This document shows positions 30,664 to 45,914 of a stretch of DNA of 64,000 nt, piece after piece. The DNA comes from the human T2T-CHM13v2.0 reference genome, Homo sapiens. Location: assembly GCF_009914755.1 (NCBI RefSeq), contig NC_060927.1. The stretch is one strand, 5' to 3'. Under the pieces are notes generated by a model. It was not told where the DNA came from. It made no database searches and saw only the letters and a list, made by a program, of their open reading frames with translations. The translations under genes and the position numbers were made by a program. Every line of letters starts with the position of its first letter. Position 1 is the first letter of the stretch.

Positions 30664-31484
30664 GACTTAAATAAGCATTCTTCAGTAATTTACTAGGAAA
30701 CTTAATTCAGATTATGGCCTTAATGACTACTGAAGTTATGTTTTAGAACATCTAATCTCAGCACCTTTGTCCACCTGAGGAAACTTCCAACTATTTCAAG
30801 TCTTTGACCATGATTATGGTCAAGGAGAATTTCAAGGGGATAAATGTAAAACAAAACAAAAGGGGACTTTTGATACCATTTTTAAAAATGAACTTATCAG
30901 AAGCAATTTGTAATTTGTGAAGGCAGTGGCTAAGTTTATTTAGAGACTACAAAGCAGATTAAGCAAAATTTTCCTTTTTGCAAAAATCAGGATTTTTCAT
31001 TACCTGGCTTATAGTCACACATCACCAGAGTGTGGTACAGTACACAGAATATAGCAAAGAAGAAAACAAAGATGTGGCCCTTACTCTGAAGAAGTTTTCA
31101 ATCTATTAAGACAGATGAAGTTGTAGAAAGGGCACAAGCTTGGAAAAGTAGCCAAAGAAGGGTCATTCAACTTTAAAGAATGGATAATATTCGCAGAGGC
31201 AAAAAGAGAAAGCTGAGAACAACCAGGTAAGAGAAATAGCATGAGAAGTATTTTAGGATGATGATGAACAAGGCAAGTTCAGGGATGCTGAGGGGACCAA
31301 TCTGACTTAATATGGGTGTGAGTGGTGAGGGCGAGGAGGGGGCACATTTGTCAAGAGATTCCTTCATTCTGGAAGGAAAAGAGGCAGAAGGGAGTAAATG
31401 AGAATTTACGGCATGTTTGAATATATATGTGTGGGAGTGGATATACGGATGGGTAATCTGAACTTAAGGCTCCTACTCCACAGA

Positions 31485-31556
31485 CTGTCACATGAATAAT
31501 GATATCCTCAATGGTATTTCAAAGCACAATATTCAAGCTCCTACTGTCATGCAATA
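31485..31556 (+). repeat. Local duplication D, copy 1 (72 bp)
   Basis: Matches 33107-33178 with 3 mismatches (offset 1622). Confidence 0.95.
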
Positions 31557-32420
31557 TTTTTTCCACAAAATTTGTTGAGCCACCTGAATGTTTATTAAAT
31601 ACTGACATGGACAAGCTTATAACCAAACTAAACAAGTCCAGTATCTTCCTTCCAGACAGCCCGCCCCATACTACCATTCTGTAATATCCCAGAATCCTAG
31701 CATCTAAGACCAACAGTCTGTGCCTCTTATCTCTGGAGACAGAATTCAGATGTCTTATTTAAAGCTAGAAGGTGTCACAGTCCCTATCAGAAACCTGTTC
31801 ATCCTATTGAGGGGCTGTCCACTGTCAGTACTACCAAAACTTGAAGTATCAGTTCACAACTGAAATCTGGACTTACCAATAATGTCATCTTTTCATCACT
31901 CTGCCCCTCATCCCATCAAAAACCTCCACCATGCAGTCAGGAGACCACCCCTCTGCCTCTATCCCAGAGCTATACTGAAACAAGGGTGTCAAATTGCACT
32001 AGAATTTTTAGGGTTTACTTAAATAGCTTCTTCTCAGGCTTCAAGCCTGCCAGTTACTTGCCTGGGTTGGGGCAGATTTTATTGACTGTCAGTTTATAAA
32101 CTTCAACCCACTTTACACCTCTGACCACTGGATGAGGCACAGGGCAATCCCACTCCTCAACTGTTATTTTTAACTACATTGTAACTTCAGAAGATTTGTT
32201 GACTTCCCTGAAACCAGGAATTGCCCACAATCCCATGTCTACTCTGGCAGTATCAACAATATTTAATTTCAGAGATAAGAGTTTACAGTTTTGATTTTTC
32301 CTCTCCACTTCTTCATAGCCACCAAAGGGACCTGAGCTCCTCGTGGAAAGTTACCCACTCTTTTCCACGTGCCCTTCAGTACCACATCTCAACACTTTCA
32401 TTTTTAAAAACTAAATTCCA

Positions 32421-32686
32421 CTGGGCGTGGTGACTCACACCTGTAATCCCAGCACTTTGGGAGGCCGAGGCAGGCGGATCACGAGGTCAGATCAAGACCA
32501 TCCTGGCTAACACGGTGAAACTCCATCTCTATGAAAAATAAAAAAAAATTAGCTGGGCGTGGTGGTGGGCGCAGGAGAATCGCTTGAACCCAGGAGGCAG
32601 AGGTTGCAGTGGGCCAAGACCGCGCCACTGCACTCCAGCCTGGGTGACAGTGCGAGACTCCATCTCAAAAAATAATAATAATAATT
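32421..32686 (+). mobile_element. Alu (Sc/Y-like) with a ~30-bp deletion in the right arm
   Basis: ggcgc joins directly to aggagaatcgc. Flanked by TAAATTCCAC on both sides. Confidence 0.92.
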
Positions 32687-33106
32687 AAATTAAATTCCAC
32701 ATTCCCAGATACTTGTCATAGATTAGGAAGAGATCATTTCAACTAGTACCTAGAAAGGAAGAGAAAAGAGAGACAGGCACAGAGACTATTGAAGTCTTAG
32801 ACTATTATTACATTGGTTCTCTTCTACCATGTTAACTGTGTTTCAACAAGTAGGTTTAAGGCTAAATGCAGCTAATTTAGTGATTATAAAAATAATCTAC
32901 AATTGACTGGAGCAATAACATGGTGAATAAAAACATTTATTGTAGCTTCATTAAAAACTGGCATTTATCTCTCAAGTTTTTCCAAATGGTGTTTGAATAG
33001 AAATGATATATTTTTAAGTAATTTATTCCTCAAGTTTAATATGTGGATTTTTATGATGATAAAGCATTATAAAATGTTAAGTAGTTATTTGCTAATCTTC
33101 TCAGGG

Positions 33107-33178
33107 CTGTCACATGAATAATGGTATCCTCAATGGCATTTCAAAGCACAATATTCAAGCTCCTACTGTCATTCAATA
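33107..33178 (+). repeat. Local duplication D, copy 2
   Basis: See copy 1. Confidence 0.95.
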
Positions 33179-33907
33179 ATGTCACTTCTCAGGCTGTGAC
33201 AAATTAAGAAATATGATGCAAATATGTTTTCCAAGATTAAAACAAAAGAATGCAATTGAAAGAGTGTAGGAAAATTGGCATGTCTTCATGTCTTAAACAG
33301 AATCATAATACTGTCTGCTCAAAATCCAAAATAAAGATAAAAATGGAAATTTAGAATGGTACACTAAGATATTCAATATAAGTTGAATGTAACAGCCTAC
33401 AAGTCACCAAGACTTCACCAATTCTACGACATCTAAACATCTAAGCTTAATATCAAAATAGCAAGTGACTTAATATTCAGAAAGGAACAGGCACATTTAG
33501 GCCACTTTAGTCCCTTCAGTACAAACCGAATACAGCTGTGGATAAAGAGTCTCAATTGTTTCCAGTTTCTGAGAACACATTAGGCCACTTAATATAACAT
33601 CCTGGTATATTATTTGCTTTTTTTATTAGCCAAACAAGATAGACTGATTGATTGAGTCACTCACAGGTATTCATTCCTTCAACAAATATTTATTAAAGGA
33701 TTATCATGTCAGACACCAGGCTAGAGGATTTTCCCACATCACTTAATTGAAATTCAACAAGTATTCTGTTATAATGAGGATTCAATGAGTTAATATTTGT
33801 ACAGTGTTTAAAACAGTGTGTGGCACATAGTAAGTGCTATATGAATGTTTGTTAAATAAATTATGTTGAAGAGTCGGTTGTAATATGATCTTTGTACAAG
33901 ATTTTGA

Positions 33908-34266
<359 letters not shown>

Positions 34267-34380
34267 CAAAGGTTTCTATAGGCATAAAAGAACAGCAGGG
34301 TCCTAAGATACCAGCCAGGAAGCCAGGCACAGGAAACAACTAAGTCAATATATGCCCATATAAAAATCACCTGATGGTAA

Positions 34381-34736
<356 letters not shown>

Positions 34737-34742
34737 TAAAAT

Positions 34743-34991
34743 ATTTATTTAGCATGTACTTATGAAGTAGTATACACCAGGTTCTATTCTAACTGCTTTA
34801 CATATAATAACTCATCTAATTCTCAGGCTAACTCTATGATACTAGCATTACTCCACTTTATGGATGAGGAAACTGAGGCACACAGAAGCTCACTAACTTG
34901 CCAAAGTCATATAGATAATAAGAGGTAGGGCCTACATTCCTACCCAAGTACCCAAGTAGTCTGGCTCCGGAGCTCAAGTTCGTAAACACTA
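34743..34991 (-). mobile_element. MIR
   Basis: gatgaggaaactgaggcaca..aacttgccaaagtcata core. Confidence 0.8.
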
Positions 34992-37900
34992 AGTGAACAT
35001 GTCGGCATATGAAGGGGTCAGCATTTATAAGAACCCTCACAGCCTCTGTCTCCCTGAGTCAGCATTGTTCTGTGTGCATCAATTGACTTGTCGTGTAACC
35101 CCATGATCACAGATTTTACTTTATGAAAAGAGATGGTCAAAGGACACTTTTGAAATATTCCTAAACCATACAAAAAGTCTAAAAGGAAAACTGAGGTGAC
35201 AGATTATAGTTCAGGACTTAAATCAGTTTCAAATTTGACATGATCATAATTAATCACTTTTGTGTTCACACGTATTTTGCAAGAAGACTTAGAATCCATC
35301 ATGTACTGACAAAGAATGAAGTAAGCGTACCTAGACCCTCCTCAATTGAATAGAGGACATTCCAACTCCTTTGCCCTGGCCCCTGCCCACTGCCCTAAAT
35401 TAATTCACTATAAATAAGGACATCTAAGCAAACTACAGATCACAAGGAGTAGTAACTACCAACAAACATGAAACACTACTTTTCCATACTAGATAAATTG
35501 CAACAATTGTGGTAGAATAGCTTTGAAAGTTGTATTGAATTTAGAAATCTGGCTTTAGGAAGTACAGCAGAGGAAGCCAACTTTTCTGAAATAGCCAATA
35601 ATGCAGAAACACTTTAAATGGTATTGAATGCTCCCCAGTTTCCTGAGGACCAAATAGATATTTCAGCAATTTATCAAGAACAATTAATCCTAGAAAATTG
35701 CCAATAATTCCTCTGTCTCAGAAAGAACGACCCATCTGCATTCTCGCCTTCCAAGAGCATGGCAGAGTTTGTTTCTCAGTTCTTCCCACAATTCAACTCT
35801 GATAAGTGAAATAAGGAAGGAGCTAAAAAGCGTGAAGAAATTTTTCTAAAATGTTTACAACCACAGAACCTGCCAACTGCTGCTTCCCCATTAGCTGAGT
35901 ATGTTTTGGGCCACTGAAGCTCGGGTGTCAGCTCCTGGCTTGACGACGATTCCGTAAACAAAGAGACTTCAATATGTTTTATGCCCAAAATGCTCAAAAC
36001 AGACACAGAGGCTCACAGGCCTGATGCCTGAGCCTCCCGCAAATGCTCAGCCAAACCACTCTATCAATCACGATTATTTGGTGCCCCCCTCTGGCCTTAC
36101 TGCAGCAATTTCATTTAGCTTTCCTAAGAAACTGAAAAGAATTCTGAACGAAAGTCCAGGGTGCAATCACAAAAATCTGCCTGCAAGAGAAACCTAGTGT
36201 TGTCTGCACTTATAATAATTACTCCAATTCTCAATGGCAGAGGAAAATTTGGCAGGGCTGACTGCATGTTAAAAGCATGGTGATAAGAATGTTATATCAC
36301 CATAACGTTCTTAAGGTGATATAATTTTGCTTTATGTATTTTTAAACATCCCCCAAGGAGATAGAGAGCTCTATCAGTTCCTCACAGTTAAGATAACTAG
36401 GCTACCTGGGCTCTGCTCAGAAGAATAAGTCAATTTACTCTGGAGAAATAATTCTGTGAAACTCAGACAGAGTTAGAACATCATGCAGTTGAAAACTGTA
36501 TCAAAAACTCAGGCTAAACAATATTACTTATTAAGGTCATATAATACATATACGAGTTATTCACTAGCTCTTACCCAAGTTCCCTGGGTAAGCAAACTAC
36601 AGAGACAAGAGTTTGTGTCCAGTTCCAGAGAGCTTCCAGGCTCCCAAAATGAGTTTTGTCTCCAAATCCAAGGCCTCCTTCACTGTGCGCTTCCCCCTCA
36701 CTGGCTCCCCCGACCCCCTACCCCCAACCCCCACCGGGACTGAGGTGACCATGCTCCTTCTGTTGGGTCAACATTGTCTGATCTGTTTTGGGGACAGCAC
36801 ATACAAGACTTTCCAGCCATGTTATGAAAGGGCTAGGCAAGGGGACGAGGCACCTCACACCCACATTACTGAGAGCGAGTGGAGTAGTACAAGTGGCAGA
36901 GATAGGCCCTATGGGGTTTCCAGAGCAGCTCTGAGGGTGCTAGATCCTAACAGGGCAAGATGACAAGGGGAAGTCAAGCTGTGAAGGCAAGAGGGAGAGG
37001 AGCCAAGGAGGTTCCTGTGGGTCAGAGGAAAGTGACTGTGGAGGAAGTCTTTGTCCAGGGCTTTGGGTGTTGGCGTCAGCTCCTCACGCAGCAGGTATAA
37101 GACAGACGGAAGGCACATAGGAACATTCGTAACTCTTCTAACTCTTCTAACATCCCTAACTCTTCCTTTCTTGCCCCTTTCTTCAGAGTTTGGAAACTCA
37201 GAGACCTCCAGGATTGGAACATGCAACTGATTCTTATTTGAAAGTGGTGAAAAACAAAACTGAAAAAGTCGGTGAGGAAAAAAGATCAACTAAAATTCAG
37301 CTTTGGGATAAGGACGAATTTAGCACCTTTTCTGGAAATCTCTGAAGCAATTACATTTGTACCCAGTAAATATTCTCATTTGGAAAAAAAAACTGCTCAA
37401 GAAAGAGAGTAATAAAAATAACCACAATGAGGGCTCTCATTAATACTGGATCTTATGGAAACCAATTGTTCAGTCCCTCAACAAAAGACCAGATGGGCAG
37501 GAAGCTAAATATACACCATGCACTAAACATTATGAGTATCATAGTTTACAAGTCAAAGGGGGCTCTATTGAAGATAGTTCTATTTTCCCTCTATATTGTC
37601 TGCTAGACAATACCTGATAACATTATCCAAGTAAATGACAACTTGATAAATAGTAATTTCCAATGGTGAACAGAGGTGACATTTCCTCATTACAAAAATA
37701 TTTTCTTTGGCAGATGAGATTAACTGAATAAGAAATCCACTGACACTGAAATCACAGAGCCAAATTCCCTATCACAGCACTTATCACATTGCGTTAGGGT
37801 TGTTTGTTAAATATCTTTACTTACTTTCCTATACGCTATAATATTTGCTTTTTTCTCCCCAGTGCTTTACAAGGGGCTTGACATACAACAGGCACTCAAA

Positions 37901-40029
37901 TAATGTTTTTTTTTTAAATTTCAATTGAATGTCCCTTTTAAGGGCATTTGCTCACTGATTTAATAAGGGAACAGTAGCCTGAAAGTACAGGTTCTGATCT
38001 TTCACAGGTAGGTAAATTTTTTAAATGAATGAGGGTCTGATCTGAAAAATACTGAGGAATTTTACATCAAATGTTTTAGCGCTGTTTCATAAGAAGATAG
38101 GAATTCTGGCTCAAGTGGGTGGTTATCAGTTTCTAATCAGTGATCCCATTTTAGCACCCTCAAAGAGGAACAAAATAAATTACCTTCTATTTGTGAAATG
38201 AAAAAGTAAAAATGTAAAGCAATTTAAACTGAGAATACCTATATAAAGGAAAAAAATTGTGAGGCTCAATCTTAGGTTTTAAAAAGGATTTCAAAACAGC
38301 TTTCCAATACTTCTAAGACTCCCATGAAAAAGATGAGATTAGAATATGAAGTAACAATTTCCTCCAAAGTATACACATGAAAGTTGGCACAGAAACACCG
38401 TTTATTTGGGCAATGACTGAAACAGTTGGCCCATTTAATCAGACAAGTGGTTTGAGTTCATCTTGTTTCCACCTGCACAGAAGTACAGCACAACAGGACA
38501 GACAAGCCCCCAGCAGGGAGGTCGAAAGAATGCTTTATCCTATCTGATTCAGTGATCCTCTTCTGACGTTATGTCCATACTGAAGGGGATAATAATGCAT
38601 CAGATGATTTCAGGTAACTTATCTCCTCCCCTCCTTCTTACCTAGCAAGTAACATAACTCACCTGTCTCACGTGCAGAGGAGAAGCACAGCCTTGAATCA
38701 CAAGTAGGTCTGGGAGCAGCCCTAGCAATGCCTCTTGGGGCAAGCTTGTCCCATTCAATAAGCACATCTTTCCAAAAGACCAACAGCCCCTCAATGCAGA
38801 GACCAGAAATTCCAACAGCATTCTCCTATCTAAGACATATGCCTACAGGAGCACAGATATTTTTAGGAATAATAACAACTATAAAATCATGTTTGATTTG
38901 ATTCTATTTTTTGGCTTCCTGCATACATATTTGGTATGATCCTTGTACCAAATCAACCATTGTACCATCTGTAGCAGAAAAAGACATATGCAAGACTGAT
39001 GACTTCCTTATCCCACTGCCCTCCCTACGCTAAAATTAATAAGAAGAGAAGAAACGTTAAGTCATTAAAATTCTTCATGCAAGCACGGCCTCTCCCTGCT
39101 CCCCACTTCACACACTTTATCATCTGTGAATGACTATGGACTTACAAGTTTCCAATCTGACTTCCTCGGGAGATCCAATGAGTCTGTCTATATATGGCAT
39201 GGAAGCTTGCCCCTCTCTTTAGACATTTTATGCAGTTCTGAGGATGCAACAAATCTCATTTGGGAGCTGCACACCATCACCCACATATTAAATTGTCACC
39301 CGGAGTAATAAAATTCACAAACTCCATTTCATTTTTTTATCACCATGTTGCCTGATAATATAAAAAGGTGTCATATACCTTTGATTTGCAGCTTGTGTGT
39401 TTGTGAAATAGCCCCTCCACAAACAACCTGATGAAGTCAAGGAAGCTGAATGACTTTTTTTTTTAATGCCCAAGTCTATTTCCCTGTAAATATTCATGTG
39501 CATAAACATAAAAGTGTTAAATGGTGTGAAATCTTGGTAATTGCACAAGTAGGAAAAAGTCATAGCATGATTGTTCTGAGTGAGGTAGAAATTTCTAGAC
39601 TCACTGCCTGTATCAAAAGCAGTGACCCCAAATTACATAGGCACGTATGGCATTTCTAGACCTTCAAATTACTGACTAAGATATCAAAAAATGCCACATT
39701 GGTCATATATAATTGAAAAATGGCTATCTGCTCTTTCACAGCTTTCCTTAATTTAGGTGTCTTTTGTGATATGCAAAACATATTTATACCTGATCCATTT
39801 TAACAACCTGTTTCCTAATGAATATGTTTGTAGTTCATTTTGACAGACACTTGGCTAACAGTCATTCTTCTGCCACTCTTATGTGGGGGGAAGAGAATAC
39901 CAATCAATCACAGATGCCATTTAGATTTCTAGTAATCATGTTTCCAGAAAAATAATAGAGATTTTGGTAGTCATGTGTGTTAAGATCATCGGCTATTCTC
40001 ATCATTATTCATCAACTTGATTCTCTGTG

Positions 40030-40210
40030 GAGTGATTTTTAACAGTTGGAGGTGTCACAGACTCTTTCAAGGATATGATGAAATACCTAGGCTTCTCCCC
40101 TAAATAAAATAATCATAAACACTACTTTTTTTCTATAATGTAAGGGATTCACAGACTTACAAAGTTGATCAACCATGGATGATTTCAGGTTAACAATCTC
40201 TGCTCTAGGA
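40030..40210. mobile_element. MER103-like hAT fossil
   Basis: tcacagactctttcaagg..tgatgaaa..ccatgga..caggttaa resembles the recalled consensus. A related inverted copy lies at ~49915-50095. Confidence 0.45.
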
Positions 40211-41234
40211 TTATGATTATAATTGTCTTTAAAACATCATTATGATGGCAGTGTGAAGAACAGGCTGGGCTAGGGGAAGACAGGCTGCACGGAATGTATT
40301 TGCCATTTTCATTACAGCCAGTGAGTGGTGAGGGTGATTTTACCAGAGTGCAGGCAATAGAAAGTAAAAAAAAAAAAATAGGGAACAAAATCAACAAAAC
40401 CTGGAGATTGAAAGGGGGTTTTATATCTATACAGAAAGAAAAGAAAAAGACCTCACTCCTTAGTCATGTCTGACATTTCAAAAAAAAAAACATGAAGTAG
40501 AAAATCAGCTCTCCAAAGTTTTAAGGCTTTTATTGGTATATTTTTATTTTGCATGAAAATAACCCTTTGATAACTAGTAAATAAAGACTATCTGCACAGA
40601 ATATGCTTTTAGTGATTAGATATATTTGCAAGTTGATTTTTTCTAGAATTTCTAAAGAAGGTTAGTTTCTCATTCATCTATAGGCCGTGTTCTATAAAGG
40701 TGTTGCCTTATGTTGCCAACAACACACTCATTGCACTTAAACAGTGACTGGAAAGGACGAATTTAAAGTGTCATTGCTTTAGAAGGAATAAGTAGTAGAG
40801 TATGTTCTTCACATAACCAGTGAATGTGGCAAAGGAAAATTAGCAAACAAAAGCATAATAAATTTATTTGGAACAATAGTAGATTGAATATGTACATCTA
40901 TTTCTTCTCTGTCCTGAAATTTTCCCCAAATAACAATATGAGAAATAAAATATAAAAGGTACAAGTTCCAAGGAGAAGAAAATAATATAAGACTACTGAA
41001 ATTGAAAGACTTCAATAATTTTTTAAAAGATAGAAAACAGATATAGGATTAGTAACAGACTTAATATATGAAAGAAGTATGAACAGAGTGGTCTACAAAG
41101 AGGACTCCTTGAAAGACTCTGGATTTGAACTATCAAAATAGTTACTCCTATCAAAATAGTTCAAATAGGAGTAAGATGTATATGATTATAACCAGAGGCA
41201 TTAATTAAAATTCTTTATGTGAAAATATTAGATC

Positions 41235-41589
<355 letters not shown>

Positions 41590-42449
41590 TCACCCCCACC
41601 ATTACTGCTTCCTTAAAGGACAGGATCTGAAGGCTTCAGATTTAGGGCACCAGGCCTAAGTAGAAGGTAGGAAGGTGGGAACATGGAGCTGACAATAGGA
41701 CTGAATAAGCAGTTTCACAGTGAATAGTAGATCCAGCCTCAGCCTCCTTCCTCCTCCCTGCTTATAGAATGCTAGAGCTGGGCTTAAAGCCCCATCCCAA
41801 GATAGTATATGAGAGGATGCCTCCCTAGAATAAATCAAATAGTCCCAAAGAAAAGACACTCCAAATTTGAAGGCTTCTAATGAAAGAGCTGAGTTCCCCT
41901 GGACTACCCTGTAAATTATCAGCAAATAAGTTCCCCTGGCCTGCAGCTTCCAATCAACTTTCTATTGCTTCAATCTTCAAACATGACTGCCACAAGTGTT
42001 TTAGAGAAATTTCCAGCAGAAAAAAATTTAGAAATAGGGGAAAAAAGAAAAAATAGGAATACAAAGGAAAAAGAGGCAATGCAGGGTATAAGAAAGCATT
42101 TTTTTTAATTGGCCATTACTATTCTCTCTGAGAAATGAGTTTATGTCAGTAACAAAGAACAGAATACTATTTAAAAGGAATAATGAGAGACAAGAAGCTC
42201 TTGAAAATTCAAAACAGGACAGCTAAAATTTAAAACAAATCAATGAAAGGAAAAGGGAAATATTCAGTTTTGTTTCAAATATGCCTTTTTTGGTTGTGTT
42301 TGGCACCTAAGAAAAAACTAAATATCCCACCTCTATTTATCCCTAAAAGACATTTTGTATATTACAGGAAGAGATTCCCAGGTCATTAGATTATATATTC
42401 ATAATTTTGGGCTTTTTAAAATGAAATTCTTAAGAGCATATGCTTGCCT

Positions 42450-43067
42450 TGTAACCAAGCTCATGCTCAGCTACTCACCACTTGCAAAAGCAGTAACAAG
42501 AATGAAGTGCAGTGAAAAGGAAAGTGACTTTATTTTCCAAAGCTAACAGTGGGGACGCAGCTGGCTTTTGCCTCTAGGAACCACTTCAAACTTTAGGCTG
42601 GAAAGAGGGGCTTACAAAAGGGAACTTGGAATGGGAGGCATGAGGGAGGGATGCTGAGTCCAAGGTCTGAATGTTTTGTGCTATCTCAAGCCTTGGGCCA
42701 TCTGGAGCACAGGCTGGTGTCATCTCAGCACTGGCCGGGTTGATGACTAACTGCCTTGAGGTAATCTCTGGAATTTGGCAGCTGGGTCTCTATGCTTTGT
42801 CTGTTTTAAGATTAGCCCCTTGGAACTTCTAAGTAAGCACATAATTAGATACAAGCATACAGTTAGATAAATGTGCACGAGGTGAGGGAGTGTATGGCAG
42901 GAAAGGGAGGGACATGGTGTTTCAAAGAAAGTACACTCCAAGGCCATATTTTAAGACTAAGGAGAAGAAAAAAAAGGGGGGTTTGCAGTAAGCTTCAAGG
43001 TTATATCTTCGGACTGGGGGAAAACAGTTTTAAAATAGATTTTCAGGCTAGACTGTTCAGCTTTACT
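42450..43067 (-). mobile_element. Probable ERV1 solo LTR (family unassigned)
   Basis: Starts TGTAACC, has minus-strand AATAAA near 42530, and is flanked by GCCT on both sides. Confidence 0.55.
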
Positions 43068-43459
43068 GCCTGGATTGTAAATTTTTGTAGGGCAGGAGTC
43101 AAAATTCCTCAGTTTACACTTAGGTTTCACAGAACCTGGTACATTTTTGGTCCTCACTAAGTGTTGTAAGAAATCCTTTTTGCAAATATTCTTAATTATT
43201 CTAAACATGTCTACATCTTTTAGGATGGAAGAAGCAGGAAATGTTCAAATAAGTTTAAACATATTACGGGGGATCTACTAAGAGAACAAGAAAAATAACC
43301 ACTATTTTTGAGTTAAATAATGGTAGTAAAACAGAAGAGGAAAAATAAAAGATTGTATTTCAAAGTGAAAACAATAAAAATGTGAAAATACTAAGTTAAT
43401 CAGCAAAGAGTTATGTTACTTATTGAATACAGCATGAAGATGGATGCCCTGAGTTTTTC

Positions 43460-45350
43460 TAATATCATACAACAAATATTTATCAATGGCTATGTGCTAA
43501 TCACTGTGCTAGATGTGTTTGAGATGTAGAGATGAAAACAATAGAGCATCTCTCTTTAAAAAGCACAAAGTATAGCAAGACCAGATTAAAGTAGAATATG
43601 ATAATCCCTTTTCTTAGAGGACATACAAGCACTGTATACACATTTCAGGCTAGAGAAAAAATTGGTTGGGATATGATTTTAGAAAAAATCAACTTAAGCA
43701 GAACCTTGAAGACAAGTCAAGAAGACCAGAACGAAAAAGATATTTTGAGCTGGGACGATAAACCACTGCAGTTTGCCCAGGGAATGAGGCTTTGTCTGTG
43801 ATGGTGAGAATTTCAGGGCTAAAACCAGTAAAGTTCTAGGCCCTCAGGAGCATTGTGCACCACATAAAGGAGTTTGGAGTATAATCCTAAATCAATGCAG
43901 AAACATTGACAGGTTTTTCCTCAAGGAAGGGAAATATTCTGATTTGTCTTTGGAAAGATCATTCTGACTGCCCTGTGGAAGGTAAATTGGGAAGCTAAGA
44001 CAGGAGGAAAGTGAACTGGTCAGGGAGCATCTCTACTAATTCATGGGGAAAAAGACAGAGAAATATGGAAGCTTTAATGAGGATATTGGGGGAGAGATAA
44101 ATTCAAGAGATATTTAGGCAGTTGAAACAATAGTATTTAAACACTTATATATGAAGGTTCTATAATTACTCTCATGTTTCTGGCTTAATAGCTCAGCAGA
44201 TGGAGGTTTCATTCCTCAAGAATGGAAATATAAAAGAAAGAACAGACTTTGAGTGGAGATGTTCAGGGAGGGGAAGATCATGAATTCTGTTGGATGGGTT
44301 GAATATAGAAGCCCCATAGAACATCCTAATCAAAGTAGCAGGAGGTGCATATCTTTAATGTACTTCTTGTACCCATGACTAAGCTTTATGATGGAGAAAA
44401 AGATTTGTAAATCATCAGTATTCAGGTAGTGGAATGAAAAGAAAATAATACTAACCAATATTTAAATGGTAAGGAGAGGAAAAGGAGCCTAAGGATATGG
44501 AGTAGAAGATTCCAGTGAAGAAACAGAACCTCCAAGCCAGACTTCTGTCAAGGAACAATGGTAGGAAAGAGTTTCAAGAAGGCAATGATTGGTTAGTATA
44601 TCAGTCAGGGTTCTCTAGAGAAACAGAACAAATAGGAGATAGATGATCAGACAGATAGATGATAGACATATATACAGATACACATCTATATCTATCTGTA
44701 TAAAGAGATTTATTACAGGAATTGGCTCACATAATTATGGAGGCTGAGAAGTCCCATAATCTTCCATCTGCAAGCTAGAAACCTAGGAAACCCCAGTGTA
44801 TAATTCCAGTCCAAGTTTAAAGGCCCAAGAACCAGGAGTCCAGATGGTGGAAACCCCAGTTTAATGTCTAAACGTTAAACCCCTGCTTTCAGCAGGATGA
44901 GATTAATTTCCCAGCTCAAGCAGAGAGAGCGAATTCTCCCTTTCTCCACCCTTTCATTCTGTCCAGGCCCTCCACAGATGGTAAGATGCACAGCCACACT
45001 GGGAAGGGCAATGCGCTTCACCCAGTCTCCCAATTCAAACACTAATCTCATCCAGAAACAACCTCACTCTGTTGTTTCACACAAGAAATAATGTTTATCC
45101 AAATATATGGGGACCCTGCGATCCAATAAAGTTGACATAAACAATTATGTGTCAGTTTCTAAAGCTTCCAGGAGATCAAAATAGGAAGTCCGAAATGTAC
45201 CCAAAGATCTTGTTGCTCTGGAGTAAATTAGAGACCTTTTCCAGTGCATGTTTGGTGTCGAGATGGTGACTAAAACTTGATGACTGTAAGTAAGAGTGTC
45301 AGAAAGCAAGGAAAGAAATTATAGACTAATATTTCAAGAAGCTTGGCTAA
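43460..45350 (-). mobile_element. L2 fragments interrupted by MLT2
   Basis: caacaaatatttat..tatgtgcta..; gaaagatcattctgactgc..tgtgga; ttcaagaagcttggct. Confidence 0.6.
44597..45148 (-). mobile_element. MLT2 (ERVL) LTR
   Basis: agtcagggttctctagagaaacagaac..gagatttattacaggaattggctcac..ggaggctgagaagtccca..aagttgaca. Confidence 0.88.
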
Positions 45351-45914
45351 AACAATATAACATTTGGCTCCTGCCTCAGAAAAATGACACTGTTAGAAAT
45401 TAGGAGTCATCTCGATTCTGCCAACAAACTCAGCATTTTTAGGCATCCCACAACCCTCTCTATAATATCTTTGGCTGTACAACTCTGCAATCAATAAAAT
45501 GTGTTCAGTGAAAGACCCAAACAAAAGAACTATCATTTTTGCATCATATTAACATATATTATAAATCAAAGTTATAGTTAGTTCAACTTTGCTAAGAAAA
45601 ACTGGCATTGCCTGTGGCATAACCAACGTGGTAAGAACTGGTTTCTACTATTCAACATAGTCCATGAGCAGCTCTACAGGCAAAAATGAATTTTTCAGGT
45701 GATTTATTCAGCCTAAGTTTCTTAAAAATTATACAGTACAACAAATTCTTTGGAGTCTAGTCCAAAAACAAATAGGAATCTGTAAAAATCGAAGCAATTG
45801 CTCTTGATTTCTGGAGATGGAATCTCTGGATGTCAAATGGAATTTCTTTTCCCAAACTGAGTCACCAGAATTATAATTCTGATTTTGGTAAATTGTCCCC
45901 AAATCTGCCCTTAC

